From Chrysemys picta bellii (lineage: Eukaryota): a stretch of DNA of 64,000 nucleotides. The position numbers and the translations under genes are program-made. The stretch is taken from the NCBI RefSeq assembly GCF_011386835.1, contig NC_088792.1:193688001-193752000 (forward strand), written 5' to 3'. A model generated the notes under the pieces. That model did no database searches and was not told where the DNA came from. It worked only from the letters and a program-made list of their open reading frames with translations. Within the stretch, counting starts at the first letter, position 1. Each line of letters begins with the position of its first letter. Of this stretch, positions 11,835 to 22,930 are shown piece by piece.

Positions 11835-12563
11835 TCTAATAAATTTGTTAGTCTCTAAGGTGCCACAAGTACTCCTGTTCTTCTTTTAACCAAAGATATG
11901 CAACCCGTTCAACACACGAATAGAACCCTTCCTCATTGACAATTGCTTCAACATACTTACTGTACACCATCCAGTTACATTAACTTTGTCACATAATGGT
12001 GCAATTCTAGGTGCAGAACAAAAATTAAATAACATGTACCATTCAAACTTCTTTTTCCCTTGAGTTAAGAGTACAAACTAGTGCCTACAGCAATATGTGT
12101 AGAAATGAGTGTTTTTCAGGGCACCAACCAACAACTAATTTGAGTCCAAGAATCAGTGGGCTGTTTGGTCTATCACTGTCCCATTTACTGTGTCTGAAGG
12201 TTGAAGTTTTTAGCAGGTCCACAGGATTTCTACAGTCCTCTATCTACCATACGATACTATGAACAGTCTACTTTATTTAATATAATAAAAAGGACCTATT
12301 TTTTCTCCCTAGAGTGAGGGGAAAGTATTTGTTCTAAAATTTAAATAAAATCCTATTAACAATCCCCTGGAAAATGTAATTAAGATATTCCCACCAGAAA
12401 ACTGATGAAATAAAAATTAGTTGAATTTTTCAATTAAGTGCTTTTAGGATTCTGTAATATGAATTAGTTATATCCGTGTAGTTTATCCTAATAAAAATAG
12501 GTGGGTTTTTTTGTCAAAGACTAAAGAAATTGTATAATAAGCAACAGTGGAAAAAACTATGTA

Positions 12564-12867
12564 CAGTAGAACCTCAGTTACGAACACCAGAATTACGAAC
12601 TGACTGGTCAACTACACACCTCGTTTGGAACCGGGCAAAAGTTTGCAAATCGGGCAGCAGAGACAAAGCGGAGGGGTGGGAAGAAAATATTGTAAAATAC
12701 TATGTTAAATATAAACTACTAAAAAATAAAGGGAAAGTTTTTTTTAAAAAAATAAGGTAAGGAATCTGTTTCTGTGCTTGCTTCATTTAAATTAAGATGG
12801 TTAAAAGCAGGTTTTGAGTACAAACAACCTCCATTCCCAAAGTGTTCGTAACTCTGAGGTTCTACTG
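12564..12867. mobile_element. Tc1/mariner (Tigger/pogo-like) MITE
   Basis: TIRs CAGTAGAACCTCAGTTACGAACAC / GTGTTCGTAACTCTGAGGTTCTACTG, with TA on both sides. Confidence 0.85.
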
Positions 12868-13839
12868 TATCCTTAATTGAATAGTAAGTTTTGCCCTAAG
12901 GTATAGGACAGAACAGGTAATTTTACTGTAAATTCTTTGTCTCTAGTTATACCAAATTATTTTTTAAAACAAAATTTCCAGTTCCAACCACCACTTGACA
13001 TTTGGCATTTTTTCATACAAATGTACCCATTGGAACTGGAATGCAAGCAAGGCTGTAATGAGCTGTGTCAATAGTAAGCACAGTTGGATCAAGTATGTAG
13101 TAAGTTATTAAAATATGGACATGTGATGCTGCATAAAATACAATATCCTGTAAATTGTGTTAGTCTTTAAAACTTATATAGTTAGGCCATAAGTCAATTA
13201 ATCAACCTTAATGGACCAAGACCCATTGAAAACATTTTTCATTCACATCTCAAAGACAGATAGACAAAAGAGTACTCTGTTTAGTTACTGCAAATACTAC
13301 ACTCTGTAGTTAAATGTGTATTATAGAAGCATATTCTCTTCTGTGCCAGACTCCTGCTTGGCATTCCCCAACTCCAGGCGGTAGGGGACAGCAGGCCCAG
13401 AGCTGGCACACTTACCCCCAGCTGGGACTTCTCCTATTTCATGGGAATTCTCTTTTGGCTATATTTGGCCAATTCCCAGACACTTTACATCTCCTAAAAA
13501 ACAAGGAAAGGGGACAGATTTTAATAGAGAATCCAGACCACAATTTCCTTCTTCCAGTTTTGTTCTTTATAATTTTGCTAAATACGTTGCTTTTGATACT
13601 TTCCTCAGTTGGTCTCATCCCAGATGTGACTTTTTAAAAAAGTTTGAGCAAAATGTATGCAGGAGTTCATTTTCATATATGCCTTTTGGAGTTATGCAAA
13701 TATGAAAATGAGCTCCTCCAGTATGTTCTGCTTTGTTATATCTTCATATTTGAACTAATGTAACTCATAAATAGATGGAAATATAATTTTCAGCGCTTGT
13801 TTTAGAGTCCTCATTGCAGAAGGTAAGAACAATTCCAGT

Positions 13840-14258
13840 CACAGGCACTGACTCCATGGATGCTCCGGGGCTGGAGCACCCACAGGGAAAAATTGTTCTG
13901 CACCCACCGGCAGCCAAGCTCCCCGCCCCTTTCCAGCTCACCTCACCCTCCTCCCCTGAGCGCGCCGCGTCCCTGCTTCTCCTCCCAGTGCTTGCTGCCA
14001 TGAAACAGCTGTTTCACGGCTTAACAAGCTGTGGGAAGGAGTGGGGAGAAGCGAGAATACGGCGCACTCAGGGGAGGAGGCAGGGAAGAGGTGGGGCTGG
14101 GCGGGGATTTGGGGAAGGAGTCCAATAGGGGAAGGGAGGGGGCAGAGTTGGGGCAGGGACTTTGGGGAAGGGGTTGGAATGGGGCAGGGCATGGGCAGGA
14201 GGGGGTGGGGCAGGGGCAAGGGGTGGTCGAGCACCCACCTGAGAAGTTGGTGCCTATG
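13840..14258. mobile_element. Non-autonomous hAT element, 8-bp TSD
   Basis: Exact TSD ATTCCAGT (13832-13839 and 14259-14266). TIRs are CACAGGCACTGACT / AGTTGGTGCCTATG. A central palindrome TGAAACAGCTGTTTCA (14001-14016) separates a C-rich left half from a G-rich right half. Confidence 0.88.
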
Positions 14259-14984
14259 ATTCCAGTATGAATAAAATTAAATCTAATTTTTGCACATTAG
14301 GGTTTGTGTGCATGTGCTACACTTACGTTAGTGCTGTTTAGTAAAGTGAAGCTTTACAGATTAAGATGCCTTTGTTAAGGATGTCTCAGATTAGGGGCAC
14401 CATAGATCTGAAACTCAAGAATCAGTGAGTTGTGTTATGGATTGATTGTGTCACTGTTTCATCATAAGGTTGTGATTAACTGCTCTGTGCTTCAATTTGG
14501 AAAGTAACAATAGTTATTTTCCTACCTTAAAGAGATGATGTGAGGATGTTTGAAAATATTAATTTTCATCTATCATACTCCAGGAAAGTGGAGGCAGGAG
14601 ATTTAAGCATAAAGTTATTACAAAGATGTTGGAGAAGCAGTTATCAGTAACGTAGTACTTGATACTATAAATGATGCAGCATTTTAGGTTTTTATGAAAT
14701 TACATAATATAACAATCAGAAGGGAACACACACACACATTTGACCTTGCATTGTACAATACAGTTACTTTCTACCCAAATTTCTTTATTAAAGATTGGTT
14801 ACATGTTAACTACCATGGTTAAAGGGTCCCCCATAATTGGAATATGAAGATCTAAATCTACTGACTCTTCATCAAAAACAAACACTGCTGTATGTTGATC
14901 CCACATTCAGCAGAACTTTTCTACCCTGTTAATGATAGAAGGCTGGTGGTGATTGAACATCTAACATAGTGAATGTCAGTGAAA

Positions 14985-16512
14985 ATGAGATAGAATAGAG
15001 GCTAAAATAGGAAAAGAACAAGTTAAAAATTATTTAGACAAGTTAGATGTCTTCATTTCACCAGGGCCTGATTAAATGCATCCTCAATACTCAAGGAGCT
15101 GACTGAGGCGATATCTGAGCCATTAGTGATTATCTTTGAAAAGTCATGGAAGACGGGAGAGATTCCAGACGATTGGAAAAGGGAAAATATATTTGCCCAT
15201 CTATCAAAAGGGAAATAGGGACAACCCGGGAAATTACAGAGCAGTCAGCTTAACTTCTCTACCCAGAAAGATAATGGAACAAATAATTAAGCAATCAATT
15301 TGCAAACATCTAGAAGATAATAAGATGATAAGTAACAGTCAGCATGGATTTATTAAGAACAAATCATGTCAAACCAACCTGATAGCTTTCTTTGACAGGG
15401 TAACAAGCCTGGTGGATGGGGGGAAGCTTTTGATACTGTCTCACATGACCTTCTCGTAAACAAACTAGGGAAATGCAACCTAGTTGGAGCTACTGCAAAA
15501 CTGGTTGGAAAACCATTCCCAGAGAGTAATTATCAGTGGTTCACAGTCATGCTGGAAGAGCATAACGAATGGGGTCCAGCAGGGATCAGTTCTATTCAAT
15601 ATCTTCATCAATGATTTAGATAATGGTATAGAGAGGACGCTTATAAAGTTTGCGGATTATACCAAGATGGGAGGGGTTGTAAATGCTTTGGAGGACAGGA
15701 TTAAAATTCAAAATGATCTGAACCAACTGGAGAAATGGTCTGAAGTAAATAGGATGAAATTCAATAAGGACAAATGCAAAGTACTTCATTTAGGAAGGAA
15801 CAATCAGTTGCATGCATACAAAATGGGAAATGACTGCTTAGGAAGGAGTACTGTGGAAAAGGATCTGGGGGCCATAGTGGACCACAAGCTAAATATGAGT
15901 CAACAGTGTAATACTGTTGTTAAAAAAGTGAACATCATTCTGGGATGTATTAGCAAGAGTGTTGTAAGCAAGACACGAGAAATAATTCTTCTGCTCTACT
16001 CCGTGCTGATTAGGCCTCAACTGGAGTATTGTGTCCACATTTCAGGAAAGATGTGGACAAATTGGAGAAAGTCCAGAGGAGAACAACAAAAATGATTAAA
16101 GGTCTAGAAAACATGACCTATGAGGGAAGACTGAAAAAATTGGGTTTGTTTCGTCTGGAAAAGAGAAGACTGAGAGCGGAGATGATAACAGTTTTCAAGT
16201 AGATAAGAGGTTGTTACAAGGAGGAGGGAGAAAAAAATGTTCTCATTAACCTCCGAGGATAGGACAAGAATCAATGGGCTTAAATTGTAGCAAGGGCAGT
16301 TTAGACTCAACATTAGGAAAAACTACCTATCAGAGTAGTTAAGCACGGGAATAAATTGCCTAGGGCGGTCATGAAATCTCCATCATTGGAGATTTTTAAG
16401 AACAGGTTAGAGAAACACCTGCCAAGGATGGTCTAGATAAAACTTAGTCTTGCCATGAGTGCAGGGGACTGGACTAGATGACCTCTCGAGGTCTCTTCCA
16501 GTCCTATGATTC
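14985..16512 (+). mobile_element. CR1 LINE, 5'-truncated, RT region to 3' end, degraded
   Basis: ORFs 15136-15459 and 15484-16095 carry CR1 RT motifs ([37 protein letters not shown]). It ends in a CR1 3' tail, CTAGATGACCTC...CTATGATTCTGTG. Confidence 0.92.
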
Positions 16513-17060
16513 TGTGTTTAGGGTGGGGATGTGCCATTATGTGTGGCTCCTTCACTCAGGCTTTTTGACAGTAATTATCACACTGCTCACCCCCTTTGGC
16601 TTGATAGGCTGTCCAGACAGAGGCCAATATAAATACATTAGGCATTTATTATGTAAACTATTTACCTGTATAAATAAAAGCTTGTGTAATGAAAGGTTAT
16701 GCTGGCCCAGTAAAGTTACCACATTCCTTAAACTGATTATGTACATATACATAATAGGTTTTGCAGCTATAATCTGCAAAATGTTAGATAAAACATACAT
16801 CCACCCAAGAAAGGAAATTAAAAGGTGAAAATTACTGTAGTGGCTCGAGGTTTACATCTTTCAAGGCTATCTAAAAAGAATCTACTCCAGCAGAAACTGA
16901 TTTGTGGCTAGCTTCTAATTATGACACTTCCACGTATACTTTTTCCTCTAACAGCTTCAATTTTTCTAAATCTATTTGTAGAAACATACTACTTCTTTTA
17001 TTGTACCATCTAACCTAATTGCAGAATTCCTGAAATGAAAATACTACCATAAGATAGTCC

Positions 17061-17152
17061 ATTGATTTAGTTGGGGATTGGTCCTGGTTTTAGCAGGGGG
17101 TTGGACTAGATGACCTCCTGAGGTCCCTTCCAATCCTGATATTCTATGATTC
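17061..17152 (+). mobile_element. CR1 3'-end fragment
   Basis: GGTTGGACTAGATGACCTCCTGAGGTCCCTTCCAA followed by an ATTCTATG octamer tail. Confidence 0.9.
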
Positions 17153-20100
17153 ATAGTAGTTGAGGGATACTATGACTGTCACTTCATTGCTGTTAATTTC
17201 CAAAACCCAGCTATTCTGAACAGTGTTCTGGCTAAAATGAACACATGCCATTCTGTATTTGTTCTGTGCCTTCCCCCTAAAGGTTCCTTGGGAGCAGGGA
17301 CCTGTTACTTTTTTCTCACACTTCACTGCATCCAAACCAGGTGCTATATAAACAATAATATTGTGATGGTGCTCTCAAATTAAACAGTTTCACAGATCAA
17401 GAAGCTAAGGGAGCTTTAAACCAACCACCACCTGCGTGGCAAAATAAAGAATGCATCTAGCAAGAAGGAGAATATGGAAGCTTAGCATTGTAAAATGTGA
17501 CACAGCACATTTTCCCAGAACAGCAAAATCAGCTGTTTTGTGTCTACTTGTACCTTAACCTTTTGTAAGTAATTATAGCTTGAAACTTAGCCATATGGAT
17601 GTCTGCATTGCCCTGCTGGAGATGCGGCCAATCTGCTTATAGTCAACCTTATTACAGTTTGTTTCCAAGCCCTCCCTTTTCAATTGCTCTACATGTTGCT
17701 TGTCTAAGAAAGCAAGACTCTGCTTATCTGCATGATGGAAGTTGATCCTCAGCTGACTCGCAAATACACCGCAGATTAGGTTCTTTTTGATTGAGGAGGG
17801 AGAGCGAGTAGAGAGTGCGAGTGTTGCCAATTTATTAAGAGTAACAACTGCCTTCTTGATTTTTGCCTCTAGTAAGATGAGTAACAGAAAAACCTAGTGA
17901 GTATCAGGCGAACAGTTTCCTTGCCAGTCTTGTTTCCTCTGTATTCCTTAATAGGAGTAGTTCGCTGCTGTGTCCTCCTCACCCAGCAGGATTTTAAAAT
18001 ACATAGTCAGGCAAAATGGATGGATTGATGTGCGAATCCCATCAGCCAAGATTACTTCACACTCTTCTTGTGTATGGAGCTGGAGCTGACAGACTGCATA
18101 TTTAACTCTCTATGGCAGATACTTTCCTAGCTCCAGATTACACAGCAGAGGATCCACGGGACAATTGGAAAAAATGAAAGGGGAAAAGAGGATCGTTGAT
18201 AAATCCAGCTGGTTTGCTGTAAAATCAAGTTTCTTGTTATCTACCTTTTGGGCTTAACAGCTATGCGATTCAATGGTGTCCTAAAGGTAACACAGAGACC
18301 TGCTTTACTAAAAAGATACGTATTTTTTTAAAGGACCCAAGTCAGTATATCACGCATCAGCACCTGATAATCTATTTACCCTGCAACGTGTGCGGCCATT
18401 TAAGGACAATTAACTCTTCACGATCACGCATTAGTCATGACACTACAGAGGTTGCATTAAAGGCTCCACAGAAAAACTGGGAGGCAACTGATTTGGGGAA
18501 ATAGCCACCCACGTTCTTCTGCAAGGCTGCTCGCAAAACAGAAGTGCAAAATCAATCTTCATGGGACATTTTAGAAGCACCAGCAAATTTGCATCGGTTG
18601 GAGACATAAGGACGTTTATATTTAATTAATATTAATGATCTGTCTCCCCACTCCACTCCAAAGCCGACCCTCAGTCTGTTTAGTTATTGTGTCTCTATCT
18701 GCTTTCCCTCAAGGCAGGGGGTGAACACTTTTCTCTTTGCAGATGGCATGAGCGTGAGGTACGGAAATTAGGGGCTTTTGCTTTTTGCATTCGGTCTATT
18801 TTTCTTTTTTCTTTTGGCAGCCTGGAAAAGAGGGTTGGGGTTTTCTGTCTGACCCTGGCTATACTGTGGTCAGGACCTTCCGTCTCCAGCAGCCTGTTCA
18901 TCTCCCTCTTCCTCACCCCAAGCCCAGAGGGAGAAAGGGGGAGGCGATATACGCTCTCTTTCCATGCCTCAGCTTCGTTGGTGCAGCAGGCGTGGGAGCA
19001 ACAGGACCAGGGGTGGGAACACCCCATCATCCTTTCTCACTTCGGGCAAACACCGCTGTTCTTTCTCTTTTGCATTGCCCCCCGCGCCTCCCCCTTTGTT
19101 CCCTCCTCCATTTCCTCCTGCGCGGGTGTCTTGAGGGTGCCAGGGAGGAGGCAAAGGGTGCAGACTGGAGGACCCTGTGTAGAAGGAGCTGGTGTTGCTG
19201 ACTTAGCCCAAGACTGCTGCGGTGGGAGCTCCCGCTGCTGGCAGGACCAGGAGCGGGGGAGGAGACTGCAGCTCCTTTCCCCCTCTTCCCTTGCGTTTAC
19301 ATTTCTTTCTTTCCGCCTTCCTTAGTCGTCCTCTTCTCCTCTTTATTTTCTCCTTCTCTCCCTCCTTTTCCCCAGTATTCCTCTGCCGCCTGTGTTTGGG
19401 CTGAGAGCTGGCTGGGGAGGGCGCTAAAAGAGGGGGAAGAGTGGGGGTGAAAGATTTCCCTGCCTGTCGGGGGGTTGTTTGGAAGAGGCGATCGTATCTG
19501 CAGCCGAAGGATTAACAGCTAAACTTTTATTGCAGCCTCTGTGCTGTGTGTGTAAGTAAATGGGGGAAGTCTCCGCTCAAAGAGGGAACGTATCTTGTTT
19601 CCTTTTGACAGATGCAGTTGGTGGGGTGGGGAACAATGAACATTTTCTTTAGGACATAAAGTGAAGGAAGAAAAAACTCTCCTCTCCTCCCCCCCCCCTT
19701 CAAGAATCTACAGCATCCTCCTCCCCCCAGCCGTGAAATGAATGGAAGAATCTCCGGGATTTTCTTCTGCTCTTCCTCCTGGACTATAGGAGTGAGGGGA
19801 TCTCTCTCTACGTACATCCATCTCTCTATCTCTCCATCCATCTCCGGGAGGATTTGAGGCGGTGCAATGTGCTTTCAGCCGCTTGCTGCTGCTGCCTGAT
19901 ACCATGCAACACGCAGAGAGAGGGTTTTGCAAAAATGGATTTGTTCGATTTTAAAGGATTTCTTCTCTAATAAGGATTGCATTGCCCACAAATATGACTA
20001 AATCTCCTGTCTGGTAAATCTTCCTGCCCCCTCCCCTTTGGGCTCCCTCCCTCCACCCCTTCAGAGGAGCAAGCCCAGGGAGCTGATGACGGACCCATTA

Positions 20101-20293
20101 ATCCTTCCTTCAATGCATCAAAAGAACCCAAAGGTCTGGGAAACGTTGGGCTTGAAATCCTACAGGAAATGCTTCGACCGGCTTTTGGTTTTGTATGAAA
20201 CTGGTGATTAGGGGTGGGGGGGTTGTGCGAGCGAACCCCCTACTCATTTGCCCCTGCCTCTTTCCTGGCCCCTTTTGATGTGCTCTTTGCCAG

Positions 20294-20621
20294 GTGCTTG
20301 TCCTCCGGTCTCTCTCTCTCTCTCTCTCTGGCCCGTCGCCGCCAGTTATGCAGACTCCCTGTCGTACTCAGCGCCTGCTGCTTTTGATATGATTCACAGA
20401 TGAGGGTGTTGATGATGATCGCTCTGGTGTGATGGGGTTGAGACGCCGGTGATTGTTTGGAGGCGAGGAGGAGAGAAAGGAAGGGCTGCTACTGCTGCTA
20501 CTACCCTTCGCTGTGTGTGTGGGCTTCAATTTTCCTACTCCATCCTCTCCCCACCACTGGAAGTCCTCCCGTATCTAAATGGAATTAGTGGAGATCGAAG
20601 CCCCTTGTGTAAGGAACAGAC
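20294..20621 (+). other. NETO1: Probable NETO1 5' leader, containing (CT)n and several uORFs
   Basis: Lies directly upstream of the ATG and starts after a candidate acceptor CTCTTTGCCAG (20293). The true TSS cannot be determined from sequence. Confidence 0.45.
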
Positions 20622-20649
20622 ATGATCCATGGGCGCAGTTTGTTTCACA
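20622..20649 (+). CDS. NETO1: NETO1 coding exon 1 (MIHGRSLFH, phase 1)
   Basis: ATGATCCATGGGCGCAGTTTGTTTCACA|GTAAGT matches the NETO1 N-terminus as I recall it (human MIHGRSVLHI). Strong donor. Confidence 0.93.
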
Positions 20650-21134
20650 GTAAGTATCTTTCCTGAAGCTGCTCTGCTTCGCGGGGCAACTATTTTTCCT
20701 TCCTCCAACAGCACAGGTGGAGACATTGTAGGACGGTTAAAACTGGGAGGCTCACAGCTTCAAGGCGTGGGTTTAAACTTTCTCCCCCCCTCCGCCCTCA
20801 ATGCAGTATAATTGAAAGAGGTGCAAGAAAGACGTAGATATAGCCTGGCGTTTGCAGTGACACATGCACTCGTTTATTGAGTTTGTGGTGATAATAGGGA
20901 GGACTGAGTATACCTGTAATTATATAGAGAGATAGTAGCTTTCAAAGTAACCAGTGGCCGTGCAAAACTAGCCAGTAAAGGGTGCTGTAGGGACTGATAG
21001 GTATTACAGGATATACCACCTGCCACTATTTCAGTCTTGATTGAGATCTCCTTGCGTGTGGGATTTTAACCAGGGTTAACCCCGAGGCTTGGGTTTGAAC
21101 CCTCAAATGACAGACCCGAGGGATCTTCAAACAC

Positions 21135-21251
21135 GGAGCTAAATTCTGCTCTCCTCCTAAATCACATCGGCGTTAATCCAGAATAGCTCCACTGATTTCA
21201 GTGGCAGTACTCCGGATTCTCGCCGGTGTCACAGAGATCTACGTTTGGCCC
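21135..21251. repeat. Short palindromic interspersed repeat (central CCA[C/T]TGA[C/T]TTCA[A/G]TGG), CpG-intact copy
   Basis: Imperfect hairpin with GGCC-type ends. Related decayed copies lie at ~10730, 29770, 33290, 35630, 37450, 44150 and 61060. Confidence 0.6.
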
Positions 21252-22774
21252 ATGGTAATCAAAATAATTAAACACAAATGTGGAGGATTAAAGGATAGAG
21301 TTTCAGTCACAACTCGGAGTTTACTCCCCCCCCCCCCCCCCCCCATCAGACCCTTAAATGCGATTTTCAGTGTTAGGGACGGTTTATTCTGGATGCTAGT
21401 CTATGTTCTCTATTGATTTGGGAATCATCAATGGGAAGGAATCAAAAGCCCTGGTGACTTGCTCTTGGTTCTGAATCTCTTCTAACGCTGCAGCGTTCTC
21501 CATCCAAAATCTGCTAATCTTTAGCAGGAGAGCATGTTACTCTTGTAGAGCATCGTTACGTGAATGCTGTGAGTTGCGCACTGACAACGGTACGCGTTCC
21601 GTAATAATAACCTGTCCAGATAGGAATAGTGAGGGGCGCGAGGAGATGTACTCGCTAAACAGGACCTGTGTAAAACAAACAAAAGCCTCAGTATCGAGGC
21701 CATTTGAAACACGAGTTCTTGTGTGGAAAATATCAATGGGGCCTATTGCACAGTATGACTCTGGGTGGTCCGGAAAGTGTCATTTTTCTACCCTCCCCCC
21801 AAGATAAGAGAAGGTGTGAAGGGTTGGTGGTTTAAACTGAAGCCTCTGGAACAGTACTCTGAAACAATAGCCATTGCTAAGTCGTAAAATAGCAATAATA
21901 TTTTTTAGAACTTGTTTTCAAAATCCTTTACTGGGTTAGAGCTTACATGTCAAGTTACATTCTCCAGCAACTGTTATGGCCAAATGATAAACCTCTTCAA
22001 ATATTGATGTATAATGGAAATATGCACAGGTCCATAATCAGAGGAGCACTAATAAGCCTAATTACAATTAGACTAGATGATGAGGAATGGGGGAAGAGGG
22101 GAGATCAACAAGAAATTAGGTGAGATCCTGATTTTTAAAAATCCCCAAACCTACATGATTGCTGATATTGTTGTCTTCCTTTCAGCAAAACTCCCTGACT
22201 AGCAGTTTTGCCTGAGTAAAGATTGCAGGATCAGGCTCTTCTTTTGGCTTAAAAAAATATGGGAAATATTGTATTTGTCCTGCAATAAGAGGTGGGGAAA
22301 AGGGGAAGGAATCAGTTTATTGCAAAATATTGTGTTTGTAATCCAGTAAATTTAACCCATTGACAGATAAGCATATTCATCTTGAGAAGTTTCTCCACTG
22401 GTTAACATTCTTCTGCTTGACAGAAATATATTATTGAGTCTTTGCCTTGAAGTTTTAAGGGGTATGTTTCCATAATTCTTTAAGCACTGAAGAAAGAAGT
22501 GGGTTTTGTGGCAATCTAAGTATTTTTTGTGATGTTGGCTTTAAAGCCCCCAATCCAAATTACTCTACTAAAAGTAAAGGGAACAAGTATTTCACTTGAA
22601 CAGTACAGCTGTGTTGGATACAGTATATCAGGATTAAGCAGAGTCTCCTTAAGTTTTTCTTGTTTTTTATTATATTTTATTCCAAGTTTATTCTTTACTG
22701 TTTATTGTCAATACCATCATGCCAAGTTGTAAGCATAGCTCTCCATTTTGGAGCAATGTAGGTAAGTGAATTAA

Positions 22775-22930
22775 AAAGCATTGTTTCTAGTGGTTAGAAC
22801 TGAAAGCTGGGATTTAAGTGACCTGGGTTCTCCACTCATCTTTGCTACAACGTCACTGGGACCTGGGACCCTTCACCTGGCTTCTCTGTGCCTCAGTTCC
22901 TACATCTGTAGAGCGGGGATGTTAATATTT
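22775..22930 (+). mobile_element. tRNA-derived CORE/MIR-like SINE, old
   Basis: A tRNA-like head (CTAGTGGTTAGA...GGGTTC) is followed by CTCTGTGCCTCAGTTCCTACATCTGTA, a MIR-core-like motif. Confidence 0.65.

Larger units (their letters stand above)
10813..11886. mobile_element. Penelope-like retroelement (PLE) insertion, internally inverted, 12-bp TSD
   Basis: TSD TAACCAAAGATA at 10801-10812 and 11887-11898. Structure: inverted tail 10813-10922, minus-strand GIY-YIG body 10923-11553, forward 3' UTR and tail 11554-11886. Confidence 0.9.
18300..21700. promoter_or_regulatory. NETO1: CpG-rich promoter region / CpG island of NETO1
   Basis: CpG and GC content rise visibly against the CpG-depleted flanks and the region is nearly free of transposons. 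It surrounds the first coding exon. Boundaries are approximate and the obs/exp ratio was not computed. Confidence 0.7.

Noticed and set aside
18687-19404. Long ORFs in the CpG island (212 aa at 18687-19325, 138 aa at 18785-19201, and others) as protein-coding genes
   Set aside because: No recognisable domain, overlapping frames on both strands, and low-complexity GC/pyrimidine-rich sequence that is naturally poor in stop codons.
20389-20403. uORF MIHR as a duplicate of the NETO1 start MIHGR
   Set aside because: Only three codons match, with different nucleotides, and the flanks are unrelated; consistent with chance.
18000-22000. REST/NRSE (RE1) site near this neuronal promoter
   Set aside because: No convincing TTCAGCACCnnGGACAG match was seen by eye; a PWM scan would be needed to exclude weak sites.
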